In this document: piece by piece, positions 9,018 to 20,459 of the stretch
Layout of the letters: each line of letters opens with the position of its first letter
Numbering within the stretch: the stretch's first letter is position 1
Made by a program: the position numbers and the translations under genes
Origin: Gammaproteobacteria bacterium
Lineage (GTDB): Bacteria > Pseudomonadota > Gammaproteobacteria > Eutrophobiales > Eutrophobiaceae
Assembly: GCA_963422205.2 (NCBI GenBank)
Contig: CAXMWX010000009.1
Coordinates: 1-64,000, forward strand
Length of the DNA stretch: 64,000 nucleotides
Reading direction: 5' to 3'
The notes under the pieces: generated by a model
Told to the model about the DNA's origin: nothing
What the model saw: the letters and a program-made list of their open reading frames with translations, nothing else
Database searches by the model: none

Positions 9018-9857
9018 ATGTATCTATCTGTTGCCAGAGAAACAACCCTCGTGTGTATTGTGTTCACAGCCTGCTTCCTGCCTGGTACTGCTTCAGCCGG
9101 AGATCATGACAAAAAAACCGTCGAGTCAGATGAGTCAGATGTTTGTGTTGGCTTTGCCGGCCAAACGCCACGGGATATTGATTCTGTTGCCGGTGAGAAT
9201 GCGGTGAAATTTTCTCTGGCGCCTCCTTCCGAAGAGATGAATCTTTGCAATATTCATTTTCACGCCCATGCTGAACATAAAGCCAAAGACTTTGCGATTT
9301 ATGCCGGTGATGGTGAGCAGGGTTATGGAGGTTATCAGTGTGCCATGTCCAAAGAGTTGACCGAAGCTGAACTGGTTTTGCCCGAGGATAAAATATGTAA
9401 GGGCTTGAATCCAGGTGACACCATTGAGGTACACTGGGTGTATACTAGCTGCGATGTTGGTCCCGGGCCGGGCTTGGGTTCCTGCTTGTCTGATGCCTGC
9501 GCCAACCCTGATCTCCGTGTAGAGACCCAGGTCTTCACCCTGGTTAATGATCCTGATGCGCTGGACTTTAGAGACATGGATTATGCTAAAGGCAAGGTCA
9601 ATGGTTATCATCAGCCTAAAATCATTCCCTCCAATACCGGTGAGCCTGTTCAGTTTATGGGTTCGACAACAGGTCCGAGTTATACCGAGCAGGTTTGTTC
9701 TCCGTTACAGGTTACCTGGCGTGTTCGGCCTCAGTGTGCCAAGCTGGATATCAACTCTGTCGGCGCCTGGTGTGAGGGCAATGTTTTTAATGAAGATCAT
9801 GCACATCAGGTTCGTCGTCTTGTTACTGATCCGAGACTTTTAGCACCTATTGATTAG
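9018..9857 (+). CDS. Exported delta-class carbonic anhydrase (TWCA1-like)
   Basis: Signal peptide; GQTPRDID, LCNIHFHAHAEHK, TIEVHWVYTSC, GSTTGPSY, CSPLQVTW and FNEDHAH motifs. Confidence 0.88.
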   Translation: MYLSVARETTLVCIVFTACFLPGTASAGDHDKKTVESDESDVCVGFAGQTPRDIDSVAGENAVKFSLAPPSEEMNLCNIHFHAHAEHKAKDFAIYAGDGEQGYGGYQCAMSKELTEAELVLPEDKICKGLNPGDTIEVHWVYTSCDVGPGPGLGSCLSDACANPDLRVETQVFTLVNDPDALDFRDMDYAKGKVNGYHQPKIIPSNTGEPVQFMGSTTGPSYTEQVCSPLQVTWRVRPQCAKLDINSVGAWCEGNVFNEDHAHQVRRLVTDPRLLAPID

Positions 9858-10027
9858 CTTGCTACCCAATCTTGTCCAATCACCCCCAATTTTTTGTTAC
9901 TTGATATTGAAGTTGACAGGCGCATCAGGTACGAGGCACAGGATGGAGGTTGCCCCTATTGCCGATAATGGCGTTATGGCGGCGAGCGGAAGAACCTGAC
10001 GGTGGGACTGAAAAAGAGAAACAACCA

Positions 10028-11569
10028 GTGAACACATCAAACACCACCGTCAGCATCTGCCTGGCTCTTGGCATGGTCATCATCAATCCCTGCATGGCCG
10101 CCGAGCTTACGCTGGTGCATCACGGCATGCACAACATGGGCGTCAAGAAAGGCACGGAAATCATCAGCATCCAGGCGGCCAGCAAACGTGCTGCGGTAAG
10201 TAACAGCAAGCAGGCCCGGGTGGATATGATCAGTCTGGCCGTGCCGGAACAGCCACGCATCATCAACACCTTCAGGCTCGAACTCGCCGCTGGCGAGACG
10301 CTGACCTCGGTAGCCCTGCACCCTGATGATGATTATTTCCTAATCGCCATCAAGGCCGGACAGCCGCTGGCCAGAGGCCATGTTGAGTTGCGCTCGGCCA
10401 GCGATGGCACGCTGATTAAGCGCCTGGCCGTGGGCGTGGGGCCGGATGCCGTCATCATTGATAAGCCGGGGCATACCGCGCTGATACCCAACGAGGCGGA
10501 AGGCTTCGTCTACGATAAAGCCACTGGCGCCTTCACCAGTCCGGCGGGCAGCATCAGCCTGATTGATCTGCGTAACGGCCCGCAGCAGGCGAGCGCCAGC
10601 GAGGTGATGCTGGGCGATCTGACCGGCACGCCCGGCATGGTCAGCGCCGCCGATGGCCGGATGCTGGAGCGGGCGGTGGACTGGAACGGCGATGGCAAAA
10701 TCGCCAGCGAGGATGCCGGTCTTGATTTTGATAACGATGGCCGGATCGATGACAAGGCGGTGATTGGCACCCTCGTCGGTGAGCAGGTGAAAGTCAAAGA
10801 AAAGAAAGGAGAGGAGGCCATACTGCTGCCCCTGCCAAATAACAACCCGATGTTGCTGGAGCCGGAATACGGCGTGTTCACCACCGATGGCAAGGCCTGG
10901 GTCACGCTACAGGAAAACAACGGCCTGGTGTTGATCGATGTTGCCCGGGGCGAGGTGATCACGGCGGTGGGCCTCGGCAAGACACAGCACAAGATGGATA
11001 TTGCTGATGATGGCGTGGTTGATTTCAGCGATAACCGCCGCGCCCTGCGAGAGCCGGACGGCATCACGATAACGCCCGATGGCCGCTACCTGATCACCGC
11101 CGATGAGGGCGACACCGATCCCAAGGCCGCCAGGACACCGGCGGGCGCTCCGCTGGGGGGCGGGCGCACGGTCAGTGTGTTTGCCGCCGATAGCGGCGCT
11201 TATCTGGGTGACACGGCTAACCAGATTGACGAGGCCGCCTTTGCCAAAGGCAGCTATCCCGAATCGCGCAGTGATAACAAGGGCGCCGAGCCGGAAATGG
11301 TGGTGAGCTTTGCCATCGCTGGCGTGAACTACGCTGCCGTTGGCCTGGAGCGGGCGAATGCGCTGGCGCTGATCTCGCTGGCCGAGCCTGCCCATCCGAA
11401 AGTGATCGCCCTTGCCGCCATCAACACCTCTGCCAAGGCCGGAAAGATCGCCCCGGAGGGCCTCGCCTATTATCATGATACCGGACAGGACCGGCATTAC
11501 ATCTATACAGCCAATGAGAAAAACGGTACCCTGAGCGTGTTTGAAGTGATCAACGAGCAGAGGCCATAA
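10028..11569 (+). CDS. Exported choice-of-anchor I family beta-propeller protein (alkaline-phosphatase-associated)
   Basis: EPEY, VTLQENN, TADEGD, RSDNKGAEPE, GLER and APEGL motifs; two DxDxDG Ca-binding-like loops. Probable GTG start at 10028. Confidence 0.8.
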   Translation: MNTSNTTVSICLALGMVIINPCMAAELTLVHHGMHNMGVKKGTEIISIQAASKRAAVSNSKQARVDMISLAVPEQPRIINTFRLELAAGETLTSVALHPDDDYFLIAIKAGQPLARGHVELRSASDGTLIKRLAVGVGPDAVIIDKPGHTALIPNEAEGFVYDKATGAFTSPAGSISLIDLRNGPQQASASEVMLGDLTGTPGMVSAADGRMLERAVDWNGDGKIASEDAGLDFDNDGRIDDKAVIGTLVGEQVKVKEKKGEEAILLPLPNNNPMLLEPEYGVFTTDGKAWVTLQENNGLVLIDVARGEVITAVGLGKTQHKMDIADDGVVDFSDNRRALREPDGITITPDGRYLITADEGDTDPKAARTPAGAPLGGGRTVSVFAADSGAYLGDTANQIDEAAFAKGSYPESRSDNKGAEPEMVVSFAIAGVNYAAVGLERANALALISLAEPAHPKVIALAAINTSAKAGKIAPEGLAYYHDTGQDRHYIYTANEKNGTLSVFEVINEQRP

Positions 11570-11675
11570 TCCTGTCCCATAGTCCTGTCATTGCAGGCGG
11601 CTGGTGCGGATTGACTCTGCTATGTACATAAACAACAAAAGTACAAACTGGCATTTAACCGTAAGGGGAAAAAGT

Positions 11676-11951
11676 ATGAAGATCATACGGCATGGTATTT
11701 TACTCGCATTGTTATCGTTATCCGGCCCCGGCCTCTTGTTCGCCGCCGATGCGATCAATATCAACACGGCTGACAAGGAAGCCCTGATGGAACTCAATGG
11801 GGTGGGCGAGAAGCTGGCGCAGGCGATCATTGACTACCGAAAAGAACACGGCCATTTTGGTTCCGCAGATGACCTGACCAAGGTGCATGGCATCGGCCCG
11901 GCGGTGGTCAATAAAAACCGTGAGCGACTGAGCGCGGACAAGCCGCAGTAG
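11676..11951 (+). CDS. comEA: ComEA family helix-hairpin-helix DNA-binding protein
   Basis: Signal peptide, ININTAD, LNGVGEKLAQAIIDYR, VHGIGP. Confidence 0.92.
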   Translation: MKIIRHGILLALLSLSGPGLLFAADAININTADKEALMELNGVGEKLAQAIIDYRKEHGHFGSADDLTKVHGIGPAVVNKNRERLSADKPQ

Positions 11952-12156
11952 CCCATTGCCGTCGTGCTTGCCTGGCAGACATGGTCAGGCGGTTTTACAA
12001 GTTCTGACGTAAATATTCAGACGTAAACTCTGGGGCGGTGGTCTTCACCCGCCGAGGAGAGCCTGCCATGCAGCCGCCGGGCGAAGGCGGATGTTTTTAT
12101 TTTTCCGATCGGTGGCAACAGGGGGTGGGATGCAGCACAGGCCGCATATCATCGTA

Positions 12157-12852
12157 TCAGCCGATGACCTTTCTGAATGTCAGCGAAACCCGGCGCACCC
12201 TGCCGAATTTCACGCCGTGCCATGTGTCGGATCTGCGTGCCGGAATGCCATGACGCCAACACCGCCTGGCAGCAGCCTGCATGGCAATCACGCTGCGGGG
12301 CTGAAGCCAGAGGGACACGGGCTTTTCTGATCGCCCGGTCTCCTCCACAGCATAGATGCCCTTAATCCTGTTGGCCTGCTTGCTGTTTGATTTATCCCTG
12401 GTAAATTCCATGATACAGGCACCGCCCAGGCTGATGGTGATGATCGTCTCCCCGAAACACGGCTTGCAGTCAATATGCGGCGCAATGCCCTGCCCCGGTT
12501 GATATTCGTTGACAATGACCTGATCCGGCAGTTGCCCGGCAATCCCATCGGTAGCAAGACGCTCGGCCAGCCCGGCCAGGCGGGCGGGCAACTCACCCAG
12601 CCGCATGGCGGAGTCAATCCGTCTGGCCTTGTAGTCATACCGCCAGCCGTAATGCTGCACACGCCGCCTCAGATCAGTGATCCACGGCTGCCCATCCACC
12701 CAGGCGAGCAAGTCCCGCTCTTCCTGTTCGGTGATGTAGGCCAGCCGGTATGCCAGCCCGGGGATTTGGCGGGTTATCGCCTGCATGTCGGCCTCCGAGA
12801 TATCAGGACGGGGCTGAGGGAATAGCACGGCCTGTTCAGCTATCTTTAACAT
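12157..12852 (-). CDS. AlkB-family 2OG-Fe(II) dioxygenase
   Basis: RRVQHYGWRYDY, NEYQPGQGIAPHID, WRHGI, RRVSLTFR. Start uncertain. Confidence 0.9.
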   Translation of the reverse strand: MLKIAEQAVLFPQPRPDISEADMQAITRQIPGLAYRLAYITEQEERDLLAWVDGQPWITDLRRRVQHYGWRYDYKARRIDSAMRLGELPARLAGLAERLATDGIAGQLPDQVIVNEYQPGQGIAPHIDCKPCFGETIITISLGGACIMEFTRDKSNSKQANRIKGIYAVEETGRSEKPVSLWLQPRSVIAMQAAARRCWRHGIPARRSDTWHGVKFGRVRRVSLTFRKVIG

Positions 12853-13660
12853 GAAGGATTTCGCAATGCACTGAATTTTCGCGACCATAATTCACCGGGC
12901 GGCAAAACAGTGTGGAGTTAAGGAGTTGACGTTTTAAGATTTCCCAATGTTCATGAAAGTTTTTCTCAGAATGATGCACAGGGTTTTGATACACAACATA
13001 AGCCTCAGCGCTCTTGAACCTGCCAAGCAAGGAAGACAGGCTGTTACATAGCCTTAACATCCCTGACGTGTTCCCTTTGAAGGTGGCTGGTGCCAGGCTA
13101 AAACAAAAATTCAGCAGCACAACCGGGCTGTCCAGCCAATGTGGATATGTCTTGTCAAAGTTCAAGGCATTCAAAAAATCAGAGCCTTTGCGAATAAAAA
13201 AATTGCTCTCCGGCATCCCGATACGGCGGAACAGATCCTCGGCCATTTTCAACATAGGCCCAGCCCGATCTATGCCGATATAGTAAAAATTGGCATCCCC
13301 TTTCCATTCCGCAAAGGCCAGGCCCGAGGTGCCGGGGCCACAGCCAAAATCAACAAACAATGCCTGGTCAAAATCCGTTGGCTTGAAACACCTGCCAAAT
13401 ACCTTTTTGAAGCACGCATCAAACACCGCATAAGAACTGGAAAAGTGCATATCAAAATAATAATGATGGCAATAAAGCACGGCTTTGTCTGAAGGATGAA
13501 TATTTGTTCTGACTCCATACGCATACGATTGAGTAAAATCGGTACTCCCCCGCTCAAGAATGTTATTGATTATATGATCGGGTTGAACCTCCTTAACTCC
13601 GCTCTCTAATGCATTATATTTTTGCCCGATGAACGCTTTACATGCCTCTTTCACATTCAT
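12836..13660 (-). CDS. Putative class I SAM-dependent methyltransferase
   Basis: FVDFGCGPGT motif I and YYIGID motif II; AT-richer than its neighbours. Confidence 0.75.
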   Translation of the reverse strand: MNVKEACKAFIGQKYNALESGVKEVQPDHIINNILERGSTDFTQSYAYGVRTNIHPSDKAVLYCHHYYFDMHFSSSYAVFDACFKKVFGRCFKPTDFDQALFVDFGCGPGTSGLAFAEWKGDANFYYIGIDRAGPMLKMAEDLFRRIGMPESNFFIRKGSDFLNALNFDKTYPHWLDSPVVLLNFCFSLAPATFKGNTSGMLRLCNSLSSLLGRFKSAEAYVVYQNPVHHSEKNFHEHWEILKRQLLNSTLFCRPVNYGRENSVHCEILHVKDS

Positions 13661-13860
13661 TGTAATGCCTTCTGCTCATTATTACCGATTATCCGACCAC
13701 CCTGGGTTGCCTGACAGTGGGCAAGCTCCCGCTTATGCCCATACAATACACCCGATGCAGCGGTCATTCCAACGCCAGAACCCACACCCGTCCGCCTTGT
13801 GAGCCTGACACAGTGCCTGTATATTGAAGCGCTTTTGAGCATGGCCTTTGTTAAACAACG

Positions 13861-16455
13861 ATGGATGAACACTACAAACCCCAGGCGATAGAGGCCGAGG
13901 TACAGGCGTACTGGCGGGACAATCAGTCATTCAAGGCAGTGGAAGATTCGCACCGGGAAAAGTTTTATTGCCTGTCCATGTTCCCCTACCCCAGCGGCAA
14001 GCTGCACATGGGCCATGTGCGAAATTACACCATCGGCGATGTCATCTCCCGCTATCAGCGCATGCAGGGCAAGAATGTCCTGCAACCCATGGGCTGGGAT
14101 GCCTTCGGCCTGCCGGCCGAGAATGCCGCCATGGATAACCAGGTGCCGCCGTCGAGATGGACTTATCAAAACATTGATTACATGCGTGGGCAGTTAAAAC
14201 GGCTGGGGTTTGCCTATGACTGGGACCGCGAGATCGCCACCTGCCGTCCTGATTATTACCGCTGGGAGCAGTGGTTTTTCACACGGCTTTATGAAAAAGG
14301 GCTGGTGTATAAAAAAACCGCCACCGTCAACTGGGACCCGGTGGATCAGACCGTGCTGGCCAATGAGCAGGTCATTGACGGCAGGGGCTGGCGCTCCGGG
14401 GCGCTGGTGGAGCAAAAACAAATCCCGCAATGGTTTTTGAGGATCACCGCTTATGCCGATGAGTTGCTGGAGGGATTAGATAACCTGCCGGGCTGGCCCG
14501 ATGCTGTACTCCTTATGCAGCGTAACTGGATAGGGCGTTCCGAAGGGGTGGAGGTGGATTTTCAACTGCAAGGCCGTGATGACAAATTGCGTATTTTTAC
14601 TACCCGCCCCGACACAATTCTGGGTGCGAGTTATATGGCGGTGGCGCCGGAACATCCTCTCGCCTTGACCGTGGCAGACACGAATGCTGACATTGCGGCT
14701 TTTCTGCAAACATGCAGACAAACCGGCACCTCAGAAGCAATACTTGAGACGATAGAAAAGCAAGGCATGTCGCTGGGACTGAATGTGATTCACCCTGTCA
14801 GCCATGAGTTAGTGCCCGTGTGGGTAGCAAATTTTGTATTGATGCGTTATGGCACCGGGGCGGTCATGTCGGTGCCAGGCCATGATCAACGGGATTGGGA
14901 GTTCGCTAAAAAATACGATCTGGACATATTGCCGGTGATCTACCCCGCCGATGGCGGTGATCTGGATATTGAGTCCGGCGCCTATACAGAAAAAGGCATA
15001 CTGAAAAACTCAGGTCGATTTGATGGCCTTACATCGGAGCAGGCTTTCACGGCGATTGCAGAATTCCTGGAAGCACACGATGCAGGCAGACGCAAAACCC
15101 ATTATCGTTTACGTGACTGGGGGATCTCACGGCAACGTTACTGGGGCTGCCCGGTGCCCATGTTTGTGGATAAGGCAGGCAATTCAAGCTCCGTACCGGC
15201 AGAGGATTTGCCGGTTGAATTACCAGAAGATGTTGAGTTTACCGGCGTGCGCTCGCCACTTAATACCCTGGAGAGTTTTCAAAACGTCATTCACCCGCAA
15301 ACCGGCGAGCGCGTACAAAGAGAAACCGATACCCTTGATACGTTCTTTGAATCATCCTGGTATTTTGCCCGTTATTGTTGCCCTGATAATAAGGCATCCA
15401 TGCTGGATGCACGCGCCCGTTTCTGGCTGCCGGTGGATCAGTATATCGGCGGCATTGAACATGCCGTGCTGCACCTGCTCTACGCCCGTTTCTTTCACAA
15501 GCTGATGCGCGATGAAGGTCTGATCGATACAGATGAGCCGTTTACCAACCTGCTGACCCAGGGCATGGTGGTGGCGGAGACGTTTTATCGAGAGGAGCAG
15601 GGGCGCAAGATCTTTTTTAATCATAAAGAAGTGGCGGTTGAGCGCGATGCAAAAGGCCGCCTGACCGGGGCCACCCTACGTGCCGATGGCAAGCCGGTGA
15701 CTGTCGGCGGCATTGAGAAGATGTCCAAGTCAAAGAATAACGGCGTTGATCCCCAGGACATGATCGAGCGCTACGGTGCTGATACGGTGCGCCTGTTTAT
15801 GATGTCCAATTCACCCCCGGAGCAAAGCCTGGAATGGTCGGATGCCGGTATTGAAGGCAGTTTTCGTTTTCTGAGGCGATACTGGAAATTTGCCCGGGAG
15901 AATTACCGCCGCCCCGCCCCTTACCCGGCCGCTGGCGACACACTGACAGAGACACAGCGGCAGCTGCGATGCAAGATTCACCAGACCATTGCCAAAGTGA
16001 ACGATGACATCGGCCGCCGCTACACATTCAACACGGCGATTGCGGCGGTCATGGAATTGATCAATGCCCTCAGCCGACGTGCGGATACTTCAGAGAATGG
16101 CAGGGCTATCCGCCATGAAGGGCTGATGGTCTCTACCCTGCTGCTCTCGCCCATCGTACCGCATATCACCGATGCGGTATGGCGGCATTCAGGTCACGAC
16201 TCCCGCATCATCGATGCCGCCTGGCCTGAAGTGGATGAGGCGGCACTGGCCCAGGACACCCTGTCGCTGATCGTGCAGGTCAATGGTAAAAAGCGGGGAC
16301 AGATCAGCGTACCAGTAGAGGCGACAGAAGACGTGCAGATACAAGCCGCACTGGCCAATACCCAGGTGCAAAGAAACATCCTCGGCAGGCCGGTCATCAA
16401 GACCATCGTTGTGCCGGGCAAGCTGATCAACATTGTTGTAAAGCCCGCATCGTAA
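13861..16455 (+). CDS. leuS: Leucine--tRNA ligase
   Basis: HMGH and KMSKS motifs; 864 aa. Confidence 0.99.
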   Translation: MDEHYKPQAIEAEVQAYWRDNQSFKAVEDSHREKFYCLSMFPYPSGKLHMGHVRNYTIGDVISRYQRMQGKNVLQPMGWDAFGLPAENAAMDNQVPPSRWTYQNIDYMRGQLKRLGFAYDWDREIATCRPDYYRWEQWFFTRLYEKGLVYKKTATVNWDPVDQTVLANEQVIDGRGWRSGALVEQKQIPQWFLRITAYADELLEGLDNLPGWPDAVLLMQRNWIGRSEGVEVDFQLQGRDDKLRIFTTRPDTILGASYMAVAPEHPLALTVADTNADIAAFLQTCRQTGTSEAILETIEKQGMSLGLNVIHPVSHELVPVWVANFVLMRYGTGAVMSVPGHDQRDWEFAKKYDLDILPVIYPADGGDLDIESGAYTEKGILKNSGRFDGLTSEQAFTAIAEFLEAHDAGRRKTHYRLRDWGISRQRYWGCPVPMFVDKAGNSSSVPAEDLPVELPEDVEFTGVRSPLNTLESFQNVIHPQTGERVQRETDTLDTFFESSWYFARYCCPDNKASMLDARARFWLPVDQYIGGIEHAVLHLLYARFFHKLMRDEGLIDTDEPFTNLLTQGMVVAETFYREEQGRKIFFNHKEVAVERDAKGRLTGATLRADGKPVTVGGIEKMSKSKNNGVDPQDMIERYGADTVRLFMMSNSPPEQSLEWSDAGIEGSFRFLRRYWKFARENYRRPAPYPAAGDTLTETQRQLRCKIHQTIAKVNDDIGRRYTFNTAIAAVMELINALSRRADTSENGRAIRHEGLMVSTLLLSPIVPHITDAVWRHSGHDSRIIDAAWPEVDEAALAQDTLSLIVQVNGKKRGQISVPVEATEDVQIQAALANTQVQRNILGRPVIKTIVVPGKLINIVVKPAS

Positions 16456-16508
16456 GGTGTAGAATCCATCGGCAGTACGATGTCCCTTAAATCAACGATA
16501 ACCAGGCA

Positions 16509-16997
16509 ATGAAACCCTCTGTCGGCTTAAGTCTTACTCTCAGCCTGCTGCTACTGCTGCCCGCCTGCGGGTTTCATCTGCGTGGCTCACAAACCAAAAG
16601 CCCGGATATCGCCGTTTATCTGCACAGCATGAATGCCGAGCGCATCTATCAGGCATTGCAGCAGCAGCTTGGCGGTGGATTACGAAAAGAACGCACCGCC
16701 GCCGACTATGAATTGCTGGTGAGCGATGAGTCGTTACAGCAAAACATCCTCACTGTCTCCTCCACCACTGGCAAGGCCGAGGAGTTTACCATCCGCTATA
16801 CCTGTCTTTTGACCATCAGGAAGGTGGGGGGAGGAGGCGATCTGCTGCACAATCAGCGCATCGCCCTGACCAGGGATTACACGTTTGATGAGGATGCGGT
16901 GCTGAGTAAATTTGAAGAACAGCAACTGCTGGAGAACGAGTTGATCACCCAGGCTGCCCAGGCGGTGATACGACACCTCAACGCCATCACCAGGTAA
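16509..16997 (+). CDS. lptE: LPS assembly lipoprotein LptE
   Basis: Lipobox PACGFHLRG; lies between leuS and holA. Confidence 0.93.
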   Translation: MKPSVGLSLTLSLLLLLPACGFHLRGSQTKSPDIAVYLHSMNAERIYQALQQQLGGGLRKERTAADYELLVSDESLQQNILTVSSTTGKAEEFTIRYTCLLTIRKVGGGGDLLHNQRIALTRDYTFDEDAVLSKFEEQQLLENELITQAAQAVIRHLNAITR

Positions 16998-17016
16998 TAC
17001 GTCAGGCAACCTCGCC

Positions 17017-18063
17017 ATGCGGCTTAAAGCAGAACAACTGCCAACGCACCTGCAAAAACCGCCGCTGTTGCCGATCTACCATGTCAGCGGTGATGAGCCG
17101 CTGCAACGGCTTGAAAGCCTTGATCTCATCCGCCGCACCGCCCGGGCAGAGGGGATTAACGAGCGCACGCTGTTGGTGGTTGAAAAAGGATTTAACTGGA
17201 ATCGCCTGCAACAGGCCAGCACCAGCATGTCATTATTCTCTGCCCGGCAACTCATTGAACTCCGGCTGGATAACCAGAAGCCAGGCAAAGAAGGCGCCGC
17301 CGCCCTGCTCGATTACACGAAAAACCATGCGAAGGAAAACGTATTGCTCATCAGTTCAGCGAAGCTGGACAAGCAGGCACAGAAGACAAAATGGTTCAAG
17401 GCACTGGAGAGCATCGGTGCCATCATCCAGCTGTGGGAGATCAAACCGGCACACCTGCCGCGCTGGATAAGCCAGCGGTGTCGACAGTACGGAAAAAACA
17501 TCGAACAGGATGCCGCCCACGTGATTGCCCAGCGGGTTGAAGGCAACCTGCTGGCCGCCAAGCAGGAGATAGATAAACTCTGCCTGATGATCAGTGAGCC
17601 ACAGATCAGCCTGCAAGCGGCCTTGCACGCCGTCACGGACAATGCACGTTTTGAGGTGTTTGATCTCATCGAAAATGCCTGTGCCGGTCACTTGGAACGT
17701 GCCCGCCGGATGCTGCTGGGGCTAAGACATGAGGGAGCAGAGCCTATCGCTATTTTCGCCGCCCTGATGTGGGAGTTTCGGCGTATCAACAAGGTCTGTA
17801 ATGAAATTCAGCAGGGAGCGGCCAGCGAGCAGGTGTTTGGCAAATACCGCATCTGGCAACAGCGCAAGGCCCTCTACAAGCAGCTGGCACACAGGCTGCC
17901 GAGACGAACGCTTTGCCGCATGTTAAGCGAGGCGGCTTATATCGACCAATCGTTAAAAGGCGCCAAGGCGGCCGACAGCTGGCAACTGCTGGAGAGCTTC
18001 ATCTTCCAGCTTGGCGGTACCGCACTGCCCACCCCTGCGGCAACGCCGGTTTTGCCCACATAA
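17017..18063 (+). CDS. holA: DNA polymerase III subunit delta
   Basis: SGDEPL, SMSLFS, VEGNLLAAKQEIDKL. Confidence 0.96.
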   Translation: MRLKAEQLPTHLQKPPLLPIYHVSGDEPLQRLESLDLIRRTARAEGINERTLLVVEKGFNWNRLQQASTSMSLFSARQLIELRLDNQKPGKEGAAALLDYTKNHAKENVLLISSAKLDKQAQKTKWFKALESIGAIIQLWEIKPAHLPRWISQRCRQYGKNIEQDAAHVIAQRVEGNLLAAKQEIDKLCLMISEPQISLQAALHAVTDNARFEVFDLIENACAGHLERARRMLLGLRHEGAEPIAIFAALMWEFRRINKVCNEIQQGAASEQVFGKYRIWQQRKALYKQLAHRLPRRTLCRMLSEAAYIDQSLKGAKAADSWQLLESFIFQLGGTALPTPAATPVLPT

Positions 18064-18150
18064 ACACCCCATCCCATGCCTGCACCGCAGGCCACCCGCC
18101 CCGACACAATAACGGTTGCAAGTCATGTATTCCCATTTATGATGTTATCC

Positions 18151-19407
18151 ATGAACATGAAAGCCGATGTCATCCGCATCGCCAGGCAAGCACGCACGGC
18201 CAGCAAGCTCATGGCACAGGCAACAGCAGGCCGCAAAAACACAGCGCTTGGCCGCATCGCCGAGAACATCCTTAAATCCAGGGCTAGATTGCAGCAGGCG
18301 AATGAGCAGGACCTGGCAGAGGGCAAAACGCATGGCCTGGGAGCGGCGCTCATGGACCGGCTGGCACTCACCGATGCACGTATCGAGGAGATGGCCGAGG
18401 GCCTTCGGCAGATCGCCGCCCTGCCCGACCCGGTTGGTGAGGTAAGCGAGCTGCACTACCGCCCCACGGGCATTGAGGTAGGGCGTATGCGGGTGCCGCT
18501 GGGCGTGATCGGCATCATTTATGAATCCCGCCCCAATGTCACCGCCGATGCCGCCGGTCTGTGCCTGAAATCCGGCAATGCGGTCATACTGCGCGGCGGC
18601 TCTGAGGCGATCCATTCCAATCAGGCCATCGCCGTCTCTATCCGTGCTGGCCTGGCCGCCGCTGGCCTGACCGAGGATGCGGTGCAACTCATCGCCACAA
18701 CCGAGCGGGCGGCGGTCGGCGAGTTATTATCTCTGCCCGAATATATCGATGTGATCGTGCCTCGTGGCGGCAAGGGGCTGATTGAGCGGGTAAGCGCTGA
18801 GGCCAGGATGCCGGTCATCAAACACCTTGACGGGCTGTGTCATGTCTATATCGATGACCGGGCGGATATCGACAAGGCCGTTGCCATCGCCTTCAATGCC
18901 AAGACCCAGCGCTACGGCGTGTGCAATGCGATGGAGTGCCTGCTGATCGCCGAGCCGGTGGCACGAGCCGTGATGGACAGGCTGGCGCCCCTGTATCTGG
19001 ATGAGGGCGTTGAGTTGCGCGGCTGTCCGGCAACATGCAGGCTGGTGCAAGCTGCCGTGGCCGCCACGGCAGCGGATTATGCCACCGAGTATCTCGCCCC
19101 CATCCTGTCGGTGAAGATTGTCGCCGACATGGACGAGGCCATGCAGCACATTGATAAATACGGCTCACAGCATACCGATGCCATCATCACCGAGGACTAC
19201 AGCAGGGCACGGCGCTTCCTGGCCGAGGTGGACTCCAGTTCGGTCATGGTAAACGCCTCAACCCGCTTCGCTGATGGCTTTGAATACGGCCTGGGCGCCG
19301 AGGTCGGGATCAGCACGGATAAATTCCACGCCCGCGGCCCGGTGGGCCTGGCCGGGCTGACATCGCAAAAATATATCGTGCTGGGCGATGGGCATATAAG
19401 AGAGTAA
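18151..19407 (+). CDS. proA: Gamma-glutamyl phosphate reductase
   Basis: [40 protein letters not shown]. Start approximate. Confidence 0.97.
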   Translation: MNMKADVIRIARQARTASKLMAQATAGRKNTALGRIAENILKSRARLQQANEQDLAEGKTHGLGAALMDRLALTDARIEEMAEGLRQIAALPDPVGEVSELHYRPTGIEVGRMRVPLGVIGIIYESRPNVTADAAGLCLKSGNAVILRGGSEAIHSNQAIAVSIRAGLAAAGLTEDAVQLIATTERAAVGELLSLPEYIDVIVPRGGKGLIERVSAEARMPVIKHLDGLCHVYIDDRADIDKAVAIAFNAKTQRYGVCNAMECLLIAEPVARAVMDRLAPLYLDEGVELRGCPATCRLVQAAVAATAADYATEYLAPILSVKIVADMDEAMQHIDKYGSQHTDAIITEDYSRARRFLAEVDSSSVMVNASTRFADGFEYGLGAEVGISTDKFHARGPVGLAGLTSQKYIVLGDGHIRE

Positions 19408-19484
19408 GGCCCATCGCAATCACCTGGCCACAACCATTATCCTGTGCCTGCCCGCCGCCGCCCACCACACGCCCGCAAAGCCAA

Positions 19485-20120
19485 GTGACCCGCCCCACAG
19501 GTCTGCTTGGCGGCAGTTTCGATCCGGTACATAAAGCGCATATTCAGATCGCCTGCCACTGCTGCCGGGAACTTGATTTGCACCAGGTAAGATTCATCCC
19601 GGTGGGGCAACCGGTACATCGTTCGGCCCTGCTTGCTGGCGCCGAACACCGGCTGGCCATGCTGCATCTTGCCACCGCCGAGCACCCGGAGCTTACTGTC
19701 GATGAGATCGAACTTCAGCGGCCGGGCGGAAGTTACACCATAGATACGCTGAAGGCATTAAAACAAACCGCCAGAATACTGTGTCTTGTCATGGGTGAGG
19801 ATGTCTTTCATACCTTGCCCGCATGGAAGGACTGGCAACACCTGTTCAGCTATGCCCATGTCGTGGTGCTGAACCGGCAGCAGGGCAAGTTCACGGCATT
19901 CAGCCCGGCGATGAGGCAAGTGCTGGAGCAGCGCCTGACCACCGATAAAAAGACACTGCATGAGCAGAAGGCCGGGGCCATCTATCGCTTAGGCCAGCCC
20001 GTTATGGATATCTCCGCCACGGCAATCCGGCAACAGCCCGAAGCGATGGCAACAAGATCGCTGCTGCCGGGCGGTGTCTTTGACTACATTCAGAAAAACA
20101 GGCTATACCGATCATCATGA
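19485..20120 (+). CDS. nadD: Nicotinate-nucleotide adenylyltransferase
   Basis: GGSFDPVHKAH, SYTIDTL, ISATAIR. Confidence 0.94.
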   Translation: MTRPTGLLGGSFDPVHKAHIQIACHCCRELDLHQVRFIPVGQPVHRSALLAGAEHRLAMLHLATAEHPELTVDEIELQRPGGSYTIDTLKALKQTARILCLVMGEDVFHTLPAWKDWQHLFSYAHVVVLNRQQGKFTAFSPAMRQVLEQRLTTDKKTLHEQKAGAIYRLGQPVMDISATAIRQQPEAMATRSLLPGGVFDYIQKNRLYRSS

Positions 20121-20455
20121 CGAGATTACTTAAAGTGATTACCCGCACCATGCAGGACCTCAAGGCAACCGACATGCAAACCTATCATGTCGAACCCATC
20201 ACCTCCATCACTGACTACATGGTCGTTGCCAGCGGCCGCTCTGCCCGGCAGGTGCAGGCCATTGCCGAGAGAATTACTGAAACCACCAAACAACACGGCT
20301 ACCGGCCACTTGGCATAGAAGGGCAACAGCAGGGCGAATGGATCCTGCTGGATTTTGGTGATGTGATCGCCCACATCATGCAGCCTGCAACCCGCCGCTA
20401 CTACCAACTGGAAAAACTCTGGGCAGTGGACAATCAGGTGAAAAGACAATCCTGA
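20117..20455 (+). CDS. rsfS: Ribosome silencing factor RsfS
   Basis: DYMVVASGRSARQV, WILLDFGDVIAHIM, YYQLEKLW. Confidence 0.96.
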   Translation: MTRLLKVITRTMQDLKATDMQTYHVEPITSITDYMVVASGRSARQVQAIAERITETTKQHGYRPLGIEGQQQGEWILLDFGDVIAHIMQPATRRYYQLEKLWAVDNQVKRQS

Positions 20456-20459
20456 CTAA

